The notes under the pieces are model-generated. The model saw nothing but the letters and a program-made list of their open reading frames with translations, made no database searches and had not been told where the DNA came from. Shown here in pieces: positions 33,523 to 40,627 of a stretch of 40,627 nt of DNA. The DNA is from Actinomycetota bacterium. Its GTDB lineage: Bacteria; Actinomycetota; UBA4738; CALAEC01. Within the stretch, counting starts at the first letter, position 1. Each line of letters starts with the position of its first letter. The DNA lies in contig DASUTW010000060.1 in the NCBI GenBank assembly GCA_036374395.1, positions 1 through 40,627 of the forward strand. Reading direction: 5' to 3'. The translations under genes were made by a program, and so were the position numbers.

Positions 33523-34841
33523 AACCGTTCTTTTCTGGCGTGAGGAAACTGACACGCTCCGCACGATCGATCGGCGGGCGATTCGGCTGGGGAGTGGCGG
33601 ACCAGGCGCTGTCGAGCCTGACCAACTTCGTGATCGGCTTCCTCGCAGCTCGAGGCCTCTCTCAATCGGAGTTCGGTGCCTTCGCCGTAGTCTTCGCCGT
33701 CTTCCTGATCGGGCTGGGGGTGACCAGAGCGATCAACAGCGAGCCCTTCGTGATCAGGTACTCGGCCGTATCCGCTGACAGATGGAGACATGGCGCCACA
33801 TGGGCCACCGGCACGGCACTCGCCGTCGGAGCGCTCGGTGGCGTGGCGTGCCTCGTCGCCGGCATCATCGCCGGGGGCGCTCTCGGGAGCGGCCTCGTAG
33901 CTGTTGGTGTCGCCCTCCCCGGTCTGATGCTCCAGGACACGTGGCGGTTCACCTTCTTCGCCGCCCGACGAGGCCGCTCCGCCTTCACGAACGACGCGGC
34001 CTGGGTACTTGCTCTCGCGGCTGGTGTGGCCCTCCTGGCCGTCGCCGATTCCTGGTCGGTCGGATCGCTCGTCCTGGCGTGGGGCGGGGCCGGCACACTC
34101 GCCGGAGTCATCGGGATCCTCCAAGCCGGAGTGGTTCCCACCCCGAACCGGAGCCTGGACTGGCTTCGCGATCAACGGGATCTGGCCCCCAGGTTTCTCG
34201 GCGAGTTCACCGTCACGACGCTCGTGAGCCAGATCACCGTGTTCGGACTGGGAATCCTTGCGGGACTCGCGGACGTCGGCGCGCTGCGAGCAGGGACACT
34301 CCTGCTGGGGCCCCTGAACGTCCTCTTCCTGGGGGTCGGCATCGTCGCGGTTCCGGAGGGAGTCAGGGCGCTCGTCTCGGCGAAGGAGAAACTCCTGCGT
34401 GTCTGTCGAAGGCTATCGATCACCCTCGCCTCGTTCGCACTAGCCTTCGGCACAGCGATGTGGCTGCTCCCGGATCGGATCGGCGTTGCCCTCATTCGGG
34501 AGAACTGGCATGCGGGGCACTCCGTGATCATCCCCCTCACGCTCGTCGTCGCCTTCTCGGGCATCCTCTTGGGGGCGGGGATCGGACTACGATCGCTGGC
34601 GGCGGCGAAGCTGAGCTTCCGGGCGAGACTCCTCGTCGCGCCGATCTCGTTGGTGGCCGGCCTCGGGGGAGCGGTGCTGGCCGGCGCGGTAGGAGCTGCC
34701 TGGGGGATGGCCTTCGCTTTCGTCGTGGGAGCCATCATCTGGTGGCGATACTTCCTGAAGGGACTCCGAGCGCACGTCGTCGGCCCACCCGACGAACGAG
34801 CGGCGACCGACGTCTATCCCGTCATCCACGGCGATGCGTAG
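33519..34841 (+). CDS. wzx: Polysaccharide flippase (Wzx / MOP superfamily)
   Basis: ATG 33519 overlaps the upstream TGA (ATGA). It has about 12 or more TM segments, and the N-terminus 'ADQALSSLTNFVIGFLAARGLSQSEFGAF' is typical of O-unit translocases. Confidence 0.75.
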   Translation: MKPFFSGVRKLTRSARSIGGRFGWGVADQALSSLTNFVIGFLAARGLSQSEFGAFAVVFAVFLIGLGVTRAINSEPFVIRYSAVSADRWRHGATWATGTALAVGALGGVACLVAGIIAGGALGSGLVAVGVALPGLMLQDTWRFTFFAARRGRSAFTNDAAWVLALAAGVALLAVADSWSVGSLVLAWGGAGTLAGVIGILQAGVVPTPNRSLDWLRDQRDLAPRFLGEFTVTTLVSQITVFGLGILAGLADVGALRAGTLLLGPLNVLFLGVGIVAVPEGVRALVSAKEKLLRVCRRLSITLASFALAFGTAMWLLPDRIGVALIRENWHAGHSVIIPLTLVVAFSGILLGAGIGLRSLAAAKLSFRARLLVAPISLVAGLGGAVLAGAVGAAWGMAFAFVVGAIIWWRYFLKGLRAHVVGPPDERAATDVYPVIHGDA

Positions 34842-35748
34842 GCTCTCGATCCTGACCCCGTCCTTCAATTACGCGTGGTGTATCGAGGATGCCCTGAAGA
34901 GTGTGGCGCAAGCTGCGGGCTTTGTCCCCGGCGGATGGGCTGTCGAGCACGTCGTGGTCGATGACGCGTCCACCGACGAGAGCGGTGAGATCCTTGAGCG
35001 ATGGCGAGATCGGGTCGTCCTGGAGCGCCAGACCGAGAATCAGGGACAGTCGCGGACGCTGAACCGAGCCCTTGCCCTGTCCTCGGGTGAGTGGATCGGC
35101 TGGCTGAACTCCGATGACTTCTTCCTCCCCCTGTCGCTGGCCGATGCGTCGCGTGCCTTCGACGACGAGGATGCCGACGTCATATACGGAGATGTGGCCC
35201 TGCTCGACGGGTCGGCACGGTTGCTCCGACTCATGACCGAGCATCCGTTCTCGCTGTGGACGCTCAGGTGGTGGGGTACCTATCTCGCGGTTGGCACGGT
35301 CTTCCTGCGCCGCGACCTTGTCTCGCGCCTCCGTTGGCGCGAGGACCTCAGCCTCCTGCTTGATTGGGACCTCTGGCTGAGGGCGGCGGAGTCGGGGGCT
35401 CGTTTCCGGTATCTCCCCCGGCCGCTGGCCGCGGTCCGCCGACACCCTGGGCAGGAGAGTCGCCAGGATCGGCCCGATCGACTCACCGAGAAGGCCACCG
35501 TCCGCCGGGAGCATCGGCTCCCATCCAGACCCTGGATGTGGCGCGCCGCTCAGCGTGTCGCGGCGTTGACCCATGGCGTTCAGAAGCTGGCGGCAGGAGG
35601 CTACGCCAGGGAGCAGCGGGCCGGTGCTGTCCGAGGACGACCGATGCGCTGGTTCGAAGATCCAGAAGCGAGGTCCACGGTCGACAGTCTCTACGAGCTT
35701 GTGTACGGAGGCCGCTCTGATGGAACCCTCCCTTCCAGGGAGGGATGA
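34834..35748 (+). CDS. Glycosyltransferase family 2
   Basis: Motifs are 'LSILTPSFNYAWCIEDAL', 'HVVVDDASTDES' and 'WIGWLNSDDFF'. It overlaps the wzx 3' end by 8 nt. Confidence 0.85.
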   Translation: MRRLSILTPSFNYAWCIEDALKSVAQAAGFVPGGWAVEHVVVDDASTDESGEILERWRDRVVLERQTENQGQSRTLNRALALSSGEWIGWLNSDDFFLPLSLADASRAFDDEDADVIYGDVALLDGSARLLRLMTEHPFSLWTLRWWGTYLAVGTVFLRRDLVSRLRWREDLSLLLDWDLWLRAAESGARFRYLPRPLAAVRRHPGQESRQDRPDRLTEKATVRREHRLPSRPWMWRAAQRVAALTHGVQKLAAGGYAREQRAGAVRGRPMRWFEDPEARSTVDSLYELVYGGRSDGTLPSREG

Positions 35749-36908
35749 TGCGGATCTTGATCCTGCACTCCCGGTATCGATCCGGGCCCGCCTCCGGGGA
35801 GAATCGTGTCGTGGAGGATGAGGCGAGGCTCCTCTCGGAGAGTGGTCACGACGTCGAGGTCTGGGACCCAAGCGTCGGCACCCCTTCCGGCATCAGGCTT
35901 CTGCAAGCGGGTGCTCGAGTGGTGTGGGGGCGTGCCGCGGCTGCGGAGGTCCGCACGCGCGTGGCCCGGTTCCGCCCCGACGTCGTCCACGTCCACAACC
36001 TCTTCCCCTCGCTCTCGCCCTCCGTGCTGAGGACGGTCACGGGACGCGCCCCGCTGGTCATGACGCTGCACAACTACCGGCTCCACTGTCTCCCCGGCGT
36101 CTTCCTCCGAGACGGACGGGTCTGCGAGGATTGCCTCGGGCGGACCCCCTGGCCCGGGGTTCTCCACGGGTGCTATCAAGGCTCGGTGCCAGCCAGCTTC
36201 GCGCTCGCTTCCTCTCTCGTCCTGCACCGACGACTTCGGACCTTCGATGGTGTCGATCTCTACCTGGCGATCAGCGAGTTCGTCCGGAGGAAGAACGTCG
36301 AGGGAGGGCTCCGAGGGGATCGCATCATCGTGAAGCCCCATTTCGTGTGGGGTGGCGAGGTCAGGCAGGGACCGGGCGACTACTTCCTCTATCTGGGACG
36401 CCTGTCACCCGAGAAGGGGGTCGCTACGCTCATCGAGGCATGGCGTGTCGTTGAGGCCAGACTCCTCGTCGTCGGGGAGGGGCCAGAGGCCTCGGCTCTC
36501 CGCGAGCGGGCGCCCTCGAACGTCGAGTTCCGCTCGACGGTCCCGCCTGAGAAGGCGCGAGCTCTGTTGGGGTCGGCCAGGGCCATCTTGGTTCCCTCGC
36601 TCTCCCACGAGGGCGCGGGGAGAGTGGTGCTGGAAGCCTACGCGGCGGGCGTCCCTGCCCTCGCCAGTCGCTCGGGAGGCCTGCCTGAGGTCGTGTCCGA
36701 CGGTGAGACCGGGCTCCTCCTCCCCGTGGGAGATCCCCACGCATGGGCAGAGGGTGTGAGCCGTCTCCTGAGCGATGCCGAGTCCGAGCGGATGGGCCGG
36801 GCAGCCTTCGGGCTGTGGCAACGAGCCTACAGTCCTCAATCAGGTCGGGGGCGCCTGGAGGACGCCTATCGGTCCGTGGTGGGGACGAGGGCCACCAGGG
36901 ACGGGTGA
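35745..36908 (+). CDS. Glycosyltransferase family 4
   Basis: ATG 35745 overlaps the upstream TGA (ATGA). Motifs are 'MMRILILHSRY', 'YLGRLSPEKG' and 'SHEGAGRVVLEAYAAGVPALAS'. Confidence 0.85.
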   Translation: MMRILILHSRYRSGPASGENRVVEDEARLLSESGHDVEVWDPSVGTPSGIRLLQAGARVVWGRAAAAEVRTRVARFRPDVVHVHNLFPSLSPSVLRTVTGRAPLVMTLHNYRLHCLPGVFLRDGRVCEDCLGRTPWPGVLHGCYQGSVPASFALASSLVLHRRLRTFDGVDLYLAISEFVRRKNVEGGLRGDRIIVKPHFVWGGEVRQGPGDYFLYLGRLSPEKGVATLIEAWRVVEARLLVVGEGPEASALRERAPSNVEFRSTVPPEKARALLGSARAILVPSLSHEGAGRVVLEAYAAGVPALASRSGGLPEVVSDGETGLLLPVGDPHAWAEGVSRLLSDAESERMGRAAFGLWQRAYSPQSGRGRLEDAYRSVVGTRATRDG

Positions 36909-36924
36909 AGCGAGGCGCGTTGGG

Positions 36925-38112
36925 ATGCGGATAGCGCATTTCCTCCTCGGCCGGAGCAACCCGGAGAGCTCCAACGGGGTGGACAAGACCGTCTTCTTCC
37001 TGAGCAAGGCCCAGGCGGAACTCGGGCATGACGTGTCCGTCTTGTCCATCAGCGACCTCCCTCCGATCCCCGTTCCGGGCGTCACGGTGGGAACCTTCGC
37101 TCCGAGGCGGCTCCCGAGCTTGCGGCCCTTCGACAAGGAGGGGCGAGCACGACCCCGGAATCCCTTCCGACTCCCGGACGGGATGTGGGACGACATGGTG
37201 GGGCGCCACCCCCACATCGTTCACTTCCATTCGGTCCACATCCCGGAGGCACTGTGGCTGGCAGACAGACTGAGGCGATCCGAAATCCCTTATTGTGTCT
37301 CGCCTCACGGAGGTCTCCTCACTACCGCGCAGCGACATCGCCGACGCCTCAGGAAGCAGCTCTTCTCTACGCTGCTCGAGCGTCGGTATCTCCGAAGAGC
37401 GAGCCTCATCCATGCCGTGAGCCAAGCCGAGGCTGAGGAGCTCCGCCGACAGAATCTCGGACCTCCGGTCGTCGTGGCCCACAATTGCATCGACGCCAGC
37501 GCGGTCCCGGATGACGTCGATCCGGGTCCCGTCATCGAGCGATTCCCACAGCTCCAGGGCAAGCGGGTCCTCGGCTATCTCGGTCGTCTCGACACCGGGC
37601 CGAAGGGGCTGGATCTGCTGCTGCGGGGCTGGGCGAGGATCGCCGATCCCTCGAACGAGGTCCTGCTCCTCGTCGGACCCGACTGGCGCGGGGGTCGGAT
37701 GAGGTTGGAGCGCCTGGCATCCGGACTCGGGGTGAACGGCGGCGTGGTCTTCGCGCCCGCGGTGTCGGGACGAGAGAAGTGGGCCTACTTCGCGGCGATG
37801 GACGTCTTCGTGGCGCCGTCCCGTTGGGAAGCAGCCCCGTTCACCGTCCTCGAGGCCATGGCGACGAGGACCGCCGTCGTCGCCACCCCGGCGAGCGATC
37901 CGGACGGTCTGATCCGAGCGAGCGAGGCCGGATGGGTCGTGCAGGCGGAGGTGGAGGCGCTCGCTCGAGCGCTGAAGACCGTCACGCAGACGTCCGGCGA
38001 GCAGCTCCGACTGATGGGAACGAAGGCCCGTCGCCTCATCGAGCGGGAGTATCGCTGGAACGACGCCGCCGAGATCCTCACCGAGGCGTACGAGGATGCC
38101 ACTCGGGGGTGA
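36925..38112 (+). CDS. Glycosyltransferase family 4
   Basis: Motifs are 'MRIAHFLLGRSNPESSNGVDK', 'YLGRLDTGPKGLD' and 'SRWEAAPFTVLEAMATRTAVVAT'. The 36775-36924 part of the listed ORF overlaps the upstream CDS. Confidence 0.85.
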   Translation: MRIAHFLLGRSNPESSNGVDKTVFFLSKAQAELGHDVSVLSISDLPPIPVPGVTVGTFAPRRLPSLRPFDKEGRARPRNPFRLPDGMWDDMVGRHPHIVHFHSVHIPEALWLADRLRRSEIPYCVSPHGGLLTTAQRHRRRLRKQLFSTLLERRYLRRASLIHAVSQAEAEELRRQNLGPPVVVAHNCIDASAVPDDVDPGPVIERFPQLQGKRVLGYLGRLDTGPKGLDLLLRGWARIADPSNEVLLLVGPDWRGGRMRLERLASGLGVNGGVVFAPAVSGREKWAYFAAMDVFVAPSRWEAAPFTVLEAMATRTAVVATPASDPDGLIRASEAGWVVQAEVEALARALKTVTQTSGEQLRLMGTKARRLIEREYRWNDAAEILTEAYEDATRG

Positions 38113-38126
38113 CCGGCTCCTCACGA

Positions 38127-38143
38127 GGGCGCGCTACGCGCCC
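38127..38143. terminator. Hairpin GGGCGCG-cta-CGCGCCC between convergent genes (candidate bidirectional terminator)
   Basis: It is a perfect 7-bp GC stem with a 3-nt loop. The loop is the TAG stop (38134-38136, minus strand) of the deacetylase gene. It lies 15 nt after the plus-strand stop at 38112. Confidence 0.4.
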
Positions 38144-39000
38144 GCTGGGGATCTCCGGCCCAGCTCGGGAGAAACCAACCGGACCATCCAGAGGGGTGTG
38201 TGCTCCTGCCACCATCCCACCACGTCGTACGCTCCCAGAACCTTGTCCCGCAGCCTCTCGACATCATCCCCGTCGACGAAGAATCGGGGGATCCGCAGCA
38301 GGGGGTCCGAGGCCCGAACCTGTCGGTACATCGCCGCCAGGCCGATCGCATGGCCATGCTGTTCCACGATCCTCTCCACGCTCGGCGTGAAGTGGACCCT
38401 CGGCCTGCCGAACGGATAGGCGAAGAGATCGACGTCTGTTCCGAGGTGCTCCGAGAGCAACGATCGAGCCCGACCCACCTCCTCGTCGACCTCGGCGGGA
38501 GCAAGGCGAGCGAGGTTCCGGTGCGAGTAGGTGTGGTTCCCGATCTCCATGCCCGCGGACGTCATCTCTCGCAGCTGTGACCAGCTCATGAAGCGAAGGT
38601 CGCCGGGGTCTCGACGAACGATCGTCCCGAACCGCTCTCTCACGTCGCGGTCTCCATCGATCAGGCCGGCGGTCACGAAGAACGTGGCTGGGAGCCCGTG
38701 CCGGGCCAGCAGGGGCATCGCATGCGCATGGTTGTCCTCGTACCCATCGTCGAACGTGAGCGCGACGAGGGGTTTGGCGGGCGGCTCACCGGAGCGAGAG
38801 GCGATCAGGTCCCGCAGGGGAACCACCTCGCATTCGTCCCGCAGCCACTCGAGGTGCGATTCGAAGAGCTCGGGGGGCGAGGAGAAGTCCCAGGAGGACG
38901 GGTGGATCGAATGGTAGACGAGGACGACCCGCCGATGGGGGCGCTCGAACAGGCGGCCCACCCGTACCGCCCCCCGCTTGACCGATCTCCTCCACCTCAT
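38134..39000 (-). CDS. Polysaccharide deacetylase (CE4 / NodB homology domain)
   Basis: Motifs are 'LVALTFDDGYEDNH', 'ATFFVTAG' and 'MEIGNHTYSHRNL'. Confidence 0.88.
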   Translation of the reverse strand: MRWRRSVKRGAVRVGRLFERPHRRVVLVYHSIHPSSWDFSSPPELFESHLEWLRDECEVVPLRDLIASRSGEPPAKPLVALTFDDGYEDNHAHAMPLLARHGLPATFFVTAGLIDGDRDVRERFGTIVRRDPGDLRFMSWSQLREMTSAGMEIGNHTYSHRNLARLAPAEVDEEVGRARSLLSEHLGTDVDLFAYPFGRPRVHFTPSVERIVEQHGHAIGLAAMYRQVRASDPLLRIPRFFVDGDDVERLRDKVLGAYDVVGWWQEHTPLWMVRLVSPELGRRSPAGA

Positions 39001-39025
39001 CGAGACCGCTCGACGTCGCCGCGCT

Positions 39026-39856
39026 TCATGACCGTCGTGAGGCCGGCAAGGCTGTCACGGTGTGGTTGGCCCTCACATCCTCCAGCCAGGTGGGGACCGA
39101 GATCCGGTGCGCCGCGCCGATGGCCTTCAGCACGTCGCACTGCCGCATGCCCCAGCCCCTCGACGCGGCCCGCGAGAGGAGGAACCGTGGGTGGGCCAGA
39201 CCCCTCATCATCATGACGGCCTCCGCGTGGATGAGGGGGAACCGTTCCCATCGGCCCCGAGCGGCTGCTCGGATCGCCCTGACCATCGGTGCCCTGGGCA
39301 GCCCGAGTCGCGTGATCGCCTCCTCCGTCCCTTCCCAGTCCCCTGCCATCTTCTGCAGGACCCCGTACTTCTCCAGCCCCTGCCCCATCCGACGACCACC
39401 CCATCTGATCCCCTTGTAGAGGAACAGCAGGAGACCTTCCGCCCCCTCACGGATCCGTCTGAACCCGCGCTGGTCCATCACCATGAGCGGTACCAGATCC
39501 TCCGCCGTGAACAGGCGAGTCCCCCTGAACGATGATTCGGCGGCGACGTCGAGCTGCGCCCACGTCGACTCGCTCACCGCGATCAGCGCAAGGACACCCT
39601 CGGCATGCACGCACTCGATCACCCACTGGAGGCCTTGTCCTTCGGCCCAGTCGTAAAAGAGGGTGGCGAGCTCGGCATGGTCCCGAGTCGGAGCCGCCGA
39701 GTCAACATCGCCACTCCCGGCCAGCGCCCGGTCCGTATTCTTCCAGATCCCCCACGACTCACTCGATCCGGTCAGCTGTCGCAGCAGGGGGAGCCATTCG
39801 GCCGACGGCATCGTCAGTTCGTGGCCGCTCACGTCTCGGAGCCCAGGGAGCCGCAC
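39026..39856 (-). CDS. Hypothetical protein; possible minimal nucleotidyltransferase-fold motif (weak)
   Basis: It is a 276-codon ORF with high GC3, sitting 25 nt upstream of and co-oriented with the CE4 gene. 'LAGSGDVDSAAP' and the later 'AQLDVAAE' loosely resemble the G[SG]...D.D and third-acidic motifs of Pol-beta-type NTases. I recognise no other family. GTG 39856 is the start as listed. Confidence 0.55.
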   Translation of the reverse strand: MRLPGLRDVSGHELTMPSAEWLPLLRQLTGSSESWGIWKNTDRALAGSGDVDSAAPTRDHAELATLFYDWAEGQGLQWVIECVHAEGVLALIAVSESTWAQLDVAAESSFRGTRLFTAEDLVPLMVMDQRGFRRIREGAEGLLLFLYKGIRWGGRRMGQGLEKYGVLQKMAGDWEGTEEAITRLGLPRAPMVRAIRAAARGRWERFPLIHAEAVMMMRGLAHPRFLLSRAASRGWGMRQCDVLKAIGAAHRISVPTWLEDVRANHTVTALPASRRS

Positions 39857-39967
39857 GCCGGAGGAGGCTTCACCACGAGGCTAGAATAGCCAGGATTTGA
39901 GGAACCGGCCGGACCAACGCCGAACCAGGTGTGACCACGAGGGACCCCCGGGACGAGGTTTGCGGAT

Positions 39968-40627
39968 GTGAGCGTTGTGATGGTGACGGGGTCGGGGGGG
40001 CTGGTCGGCTCCGAGGCGTGCCTGTACTTCGGCGACCTGGGGCTCGACGTCGTGGGGGTCGACAACGACATGCGGGCCACGTTCTTCGGGGACGAGGCGT
40101 CGACGGCGTGGAACGTCGACCGCCTCCGGCAGCAGCTCGGGGACTCCTACCGCCACCACGACCTCGACGTCCGCGACCGCGACGGGGTGCTCGATCTCTT
40201 CGCCCGTCACGGTTCCTCCATCGAGCTGGTGATCCACGCCGCCGCCCAGCCGTCCCACGACTGGGCCGCCCGGGAGCCGTTCACGGACTTCGACATCAAC
40301 GCGGTGGGGACGCTGAACGTGCTCGAGGCCACCAGGCTCCACGCTCCCGAGGCGGTGTTCATCTTCACCTCGACCAACAAGGTCTACGGGGACGCGCCCA
40401 ACCGACTGCCGCTGCAGGAGCTGGAGAAGCGGTACGAGATCGAAGAGGACCACCCCTACGTCGACGGCATCTCCGAGGACATGTCGATCGACCGCTCCCT
40501 CCACAGCCTGTTCGGCGCGTCCAAGGTCGCCGCCGACGTGCTGGTCCAGGAGTACGGGCGGTACTTCGGGATGCGGACGGCCTGCTTCCGCGGCGGAACC
40601 CTCACCGGCCAGCTCCACTCCGCCACC
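39968..40627 (+). CDS. Extended SDR, NAD-dependent epimerase/dehydratase (CDP-paratose/tyvelose-2-epimerase-like); 3' end lies outside the window
   Basis: This ORF is absent from the supplied track because it has no stop in the window. My translation reads '[17 protein letters not shown]...[13 protein letters not shown]...[13 protein letters not shown]...[10 protein letters not shown]...[23 protein letters not shown]'. It is in frame through 40627. The listed minus-strand ORF 39881-40618 is its shadow. Confidence 0.8.
   Translation, partial: MSVVMVTGSGGLVGSEACLYFGDLGLDVVGVDNDMRATFFGDEASTAWNVDRLRQQLGDSYRHHDLDVRDRDGVLDLFARHGSSIELVIHAAAQPSHDWAAREPFTDFDINAVGTLNVLEATRLHAPEAVFIFTSTNKVYGDAPNRLPLQELEKRYEIEEDHPYVDGISEDMSIDRSLHSLFGASKVAADVLVQEYGRYFGMRTACFRGGTLTGQLHSAT

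Noticed and set aside
36430-38124. A 564-aa minus-strand ORF.
   Set aside because: It is antisense to two GT4 genes that have clear EX7E-type motifs. Its translation is low-complexity (R/P/G/E).
39881-40618. A listed 245-aa minus-strand ORF at the right edge of the window.
   Set aside because: The opposite (plus) strand encodes an unmistakable Rossmann/extended-SDR protein ('[10 protein letters not shown]', 'STNKVYGD'). That protein is missing from the track only because it has no stop inside the window. The minus-strand ORF is its shadow.
1-40627. A search for tRNA/rRNA genes, CRISPR repeats, IS elements or transposase, integrase, and toxin-antitoxin or defence genes.
   Set aside because: I saw none. 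No regularly spaced direct repeats, no transposase- or integrase-like ORFs and no cloverleaf-like low-GC islands. Coding density is near-continuous and every supported ORF fits glycan biosynthesis.

Overview
This is a high-GC (about 70% by eye), gene-dense window with no RNA genes, CRISPR arrays or mobile elements that I could see. The whole 40.6 kb reads as one large cell-envelope glycan biosynthesis locus. It most likely comes from an Actinomycetota-type genome; this is an inference from GC content, frequent ATGA/GTGA start-stop overlaps and a decaprenyl-phosphate phosphoribosyltransferase homolog. I support 34 CDS, 2 of them truncated by the window edges, in about 10 transcription units.

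Gene content:
- 6 GT2 glycosyltransferases, 3 of them close paralogs and 1 fused to a SAM methyltransferase.
- 6 GT4 glycosyltransferases, including 2 paralogs that share a 'CEPxKGSEP' N-terminus.
- 6 polytopic membrane proteins with GT-C-like architecture: 1 GT87/DUF2029-like, 1 homologous pair, and 1 three-member family with its own conserved C-terminal domain.
- A WbaP-type polyprenyl-phosphate glycosyl-1-phosphate transferase.
- A UbiA-type decaprenyl-phosphate phosphoribosyltransferase homolog.
- UDP-glucose 6-dehydrogenase and UDP-glucuronate decarboxylase (UDP-xylose synthase type).
- A sulfotransferase, 2 CE4 deacetylases, an APH-fold kinase-like protein and a P-loop kinase-like protein.
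- Both export routes: a Wzm/Wzt ABC transporter, plus a Wzx flippase, a Wzy/ligase-like protein and a fused Wzz/BY-kinase.

The most interesting points:
- The uncharacterised three-member membrane family, and its adjacency to the lipid-linked pentose donor gene.
- An ArnC/ArnD/ArnT-like or PpgS/Rv3779-like GT2-CE4-GT-C operon joined by 4-nt overlaps.
- A DPM1-like GT2 fused to a methyltransferase.
- A sulfotransferase translationally coupled to the pentose genes.
- A GT-C-like gene whose first TM helix and DD motif lie upstream of any canonical start codon.
- A 400-bp lower-GC leader with an SD-preceded upstream ORF that ends on the start codon of the priming transferase.

All functional calls come from motif recognition by eye. 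No database search was run.
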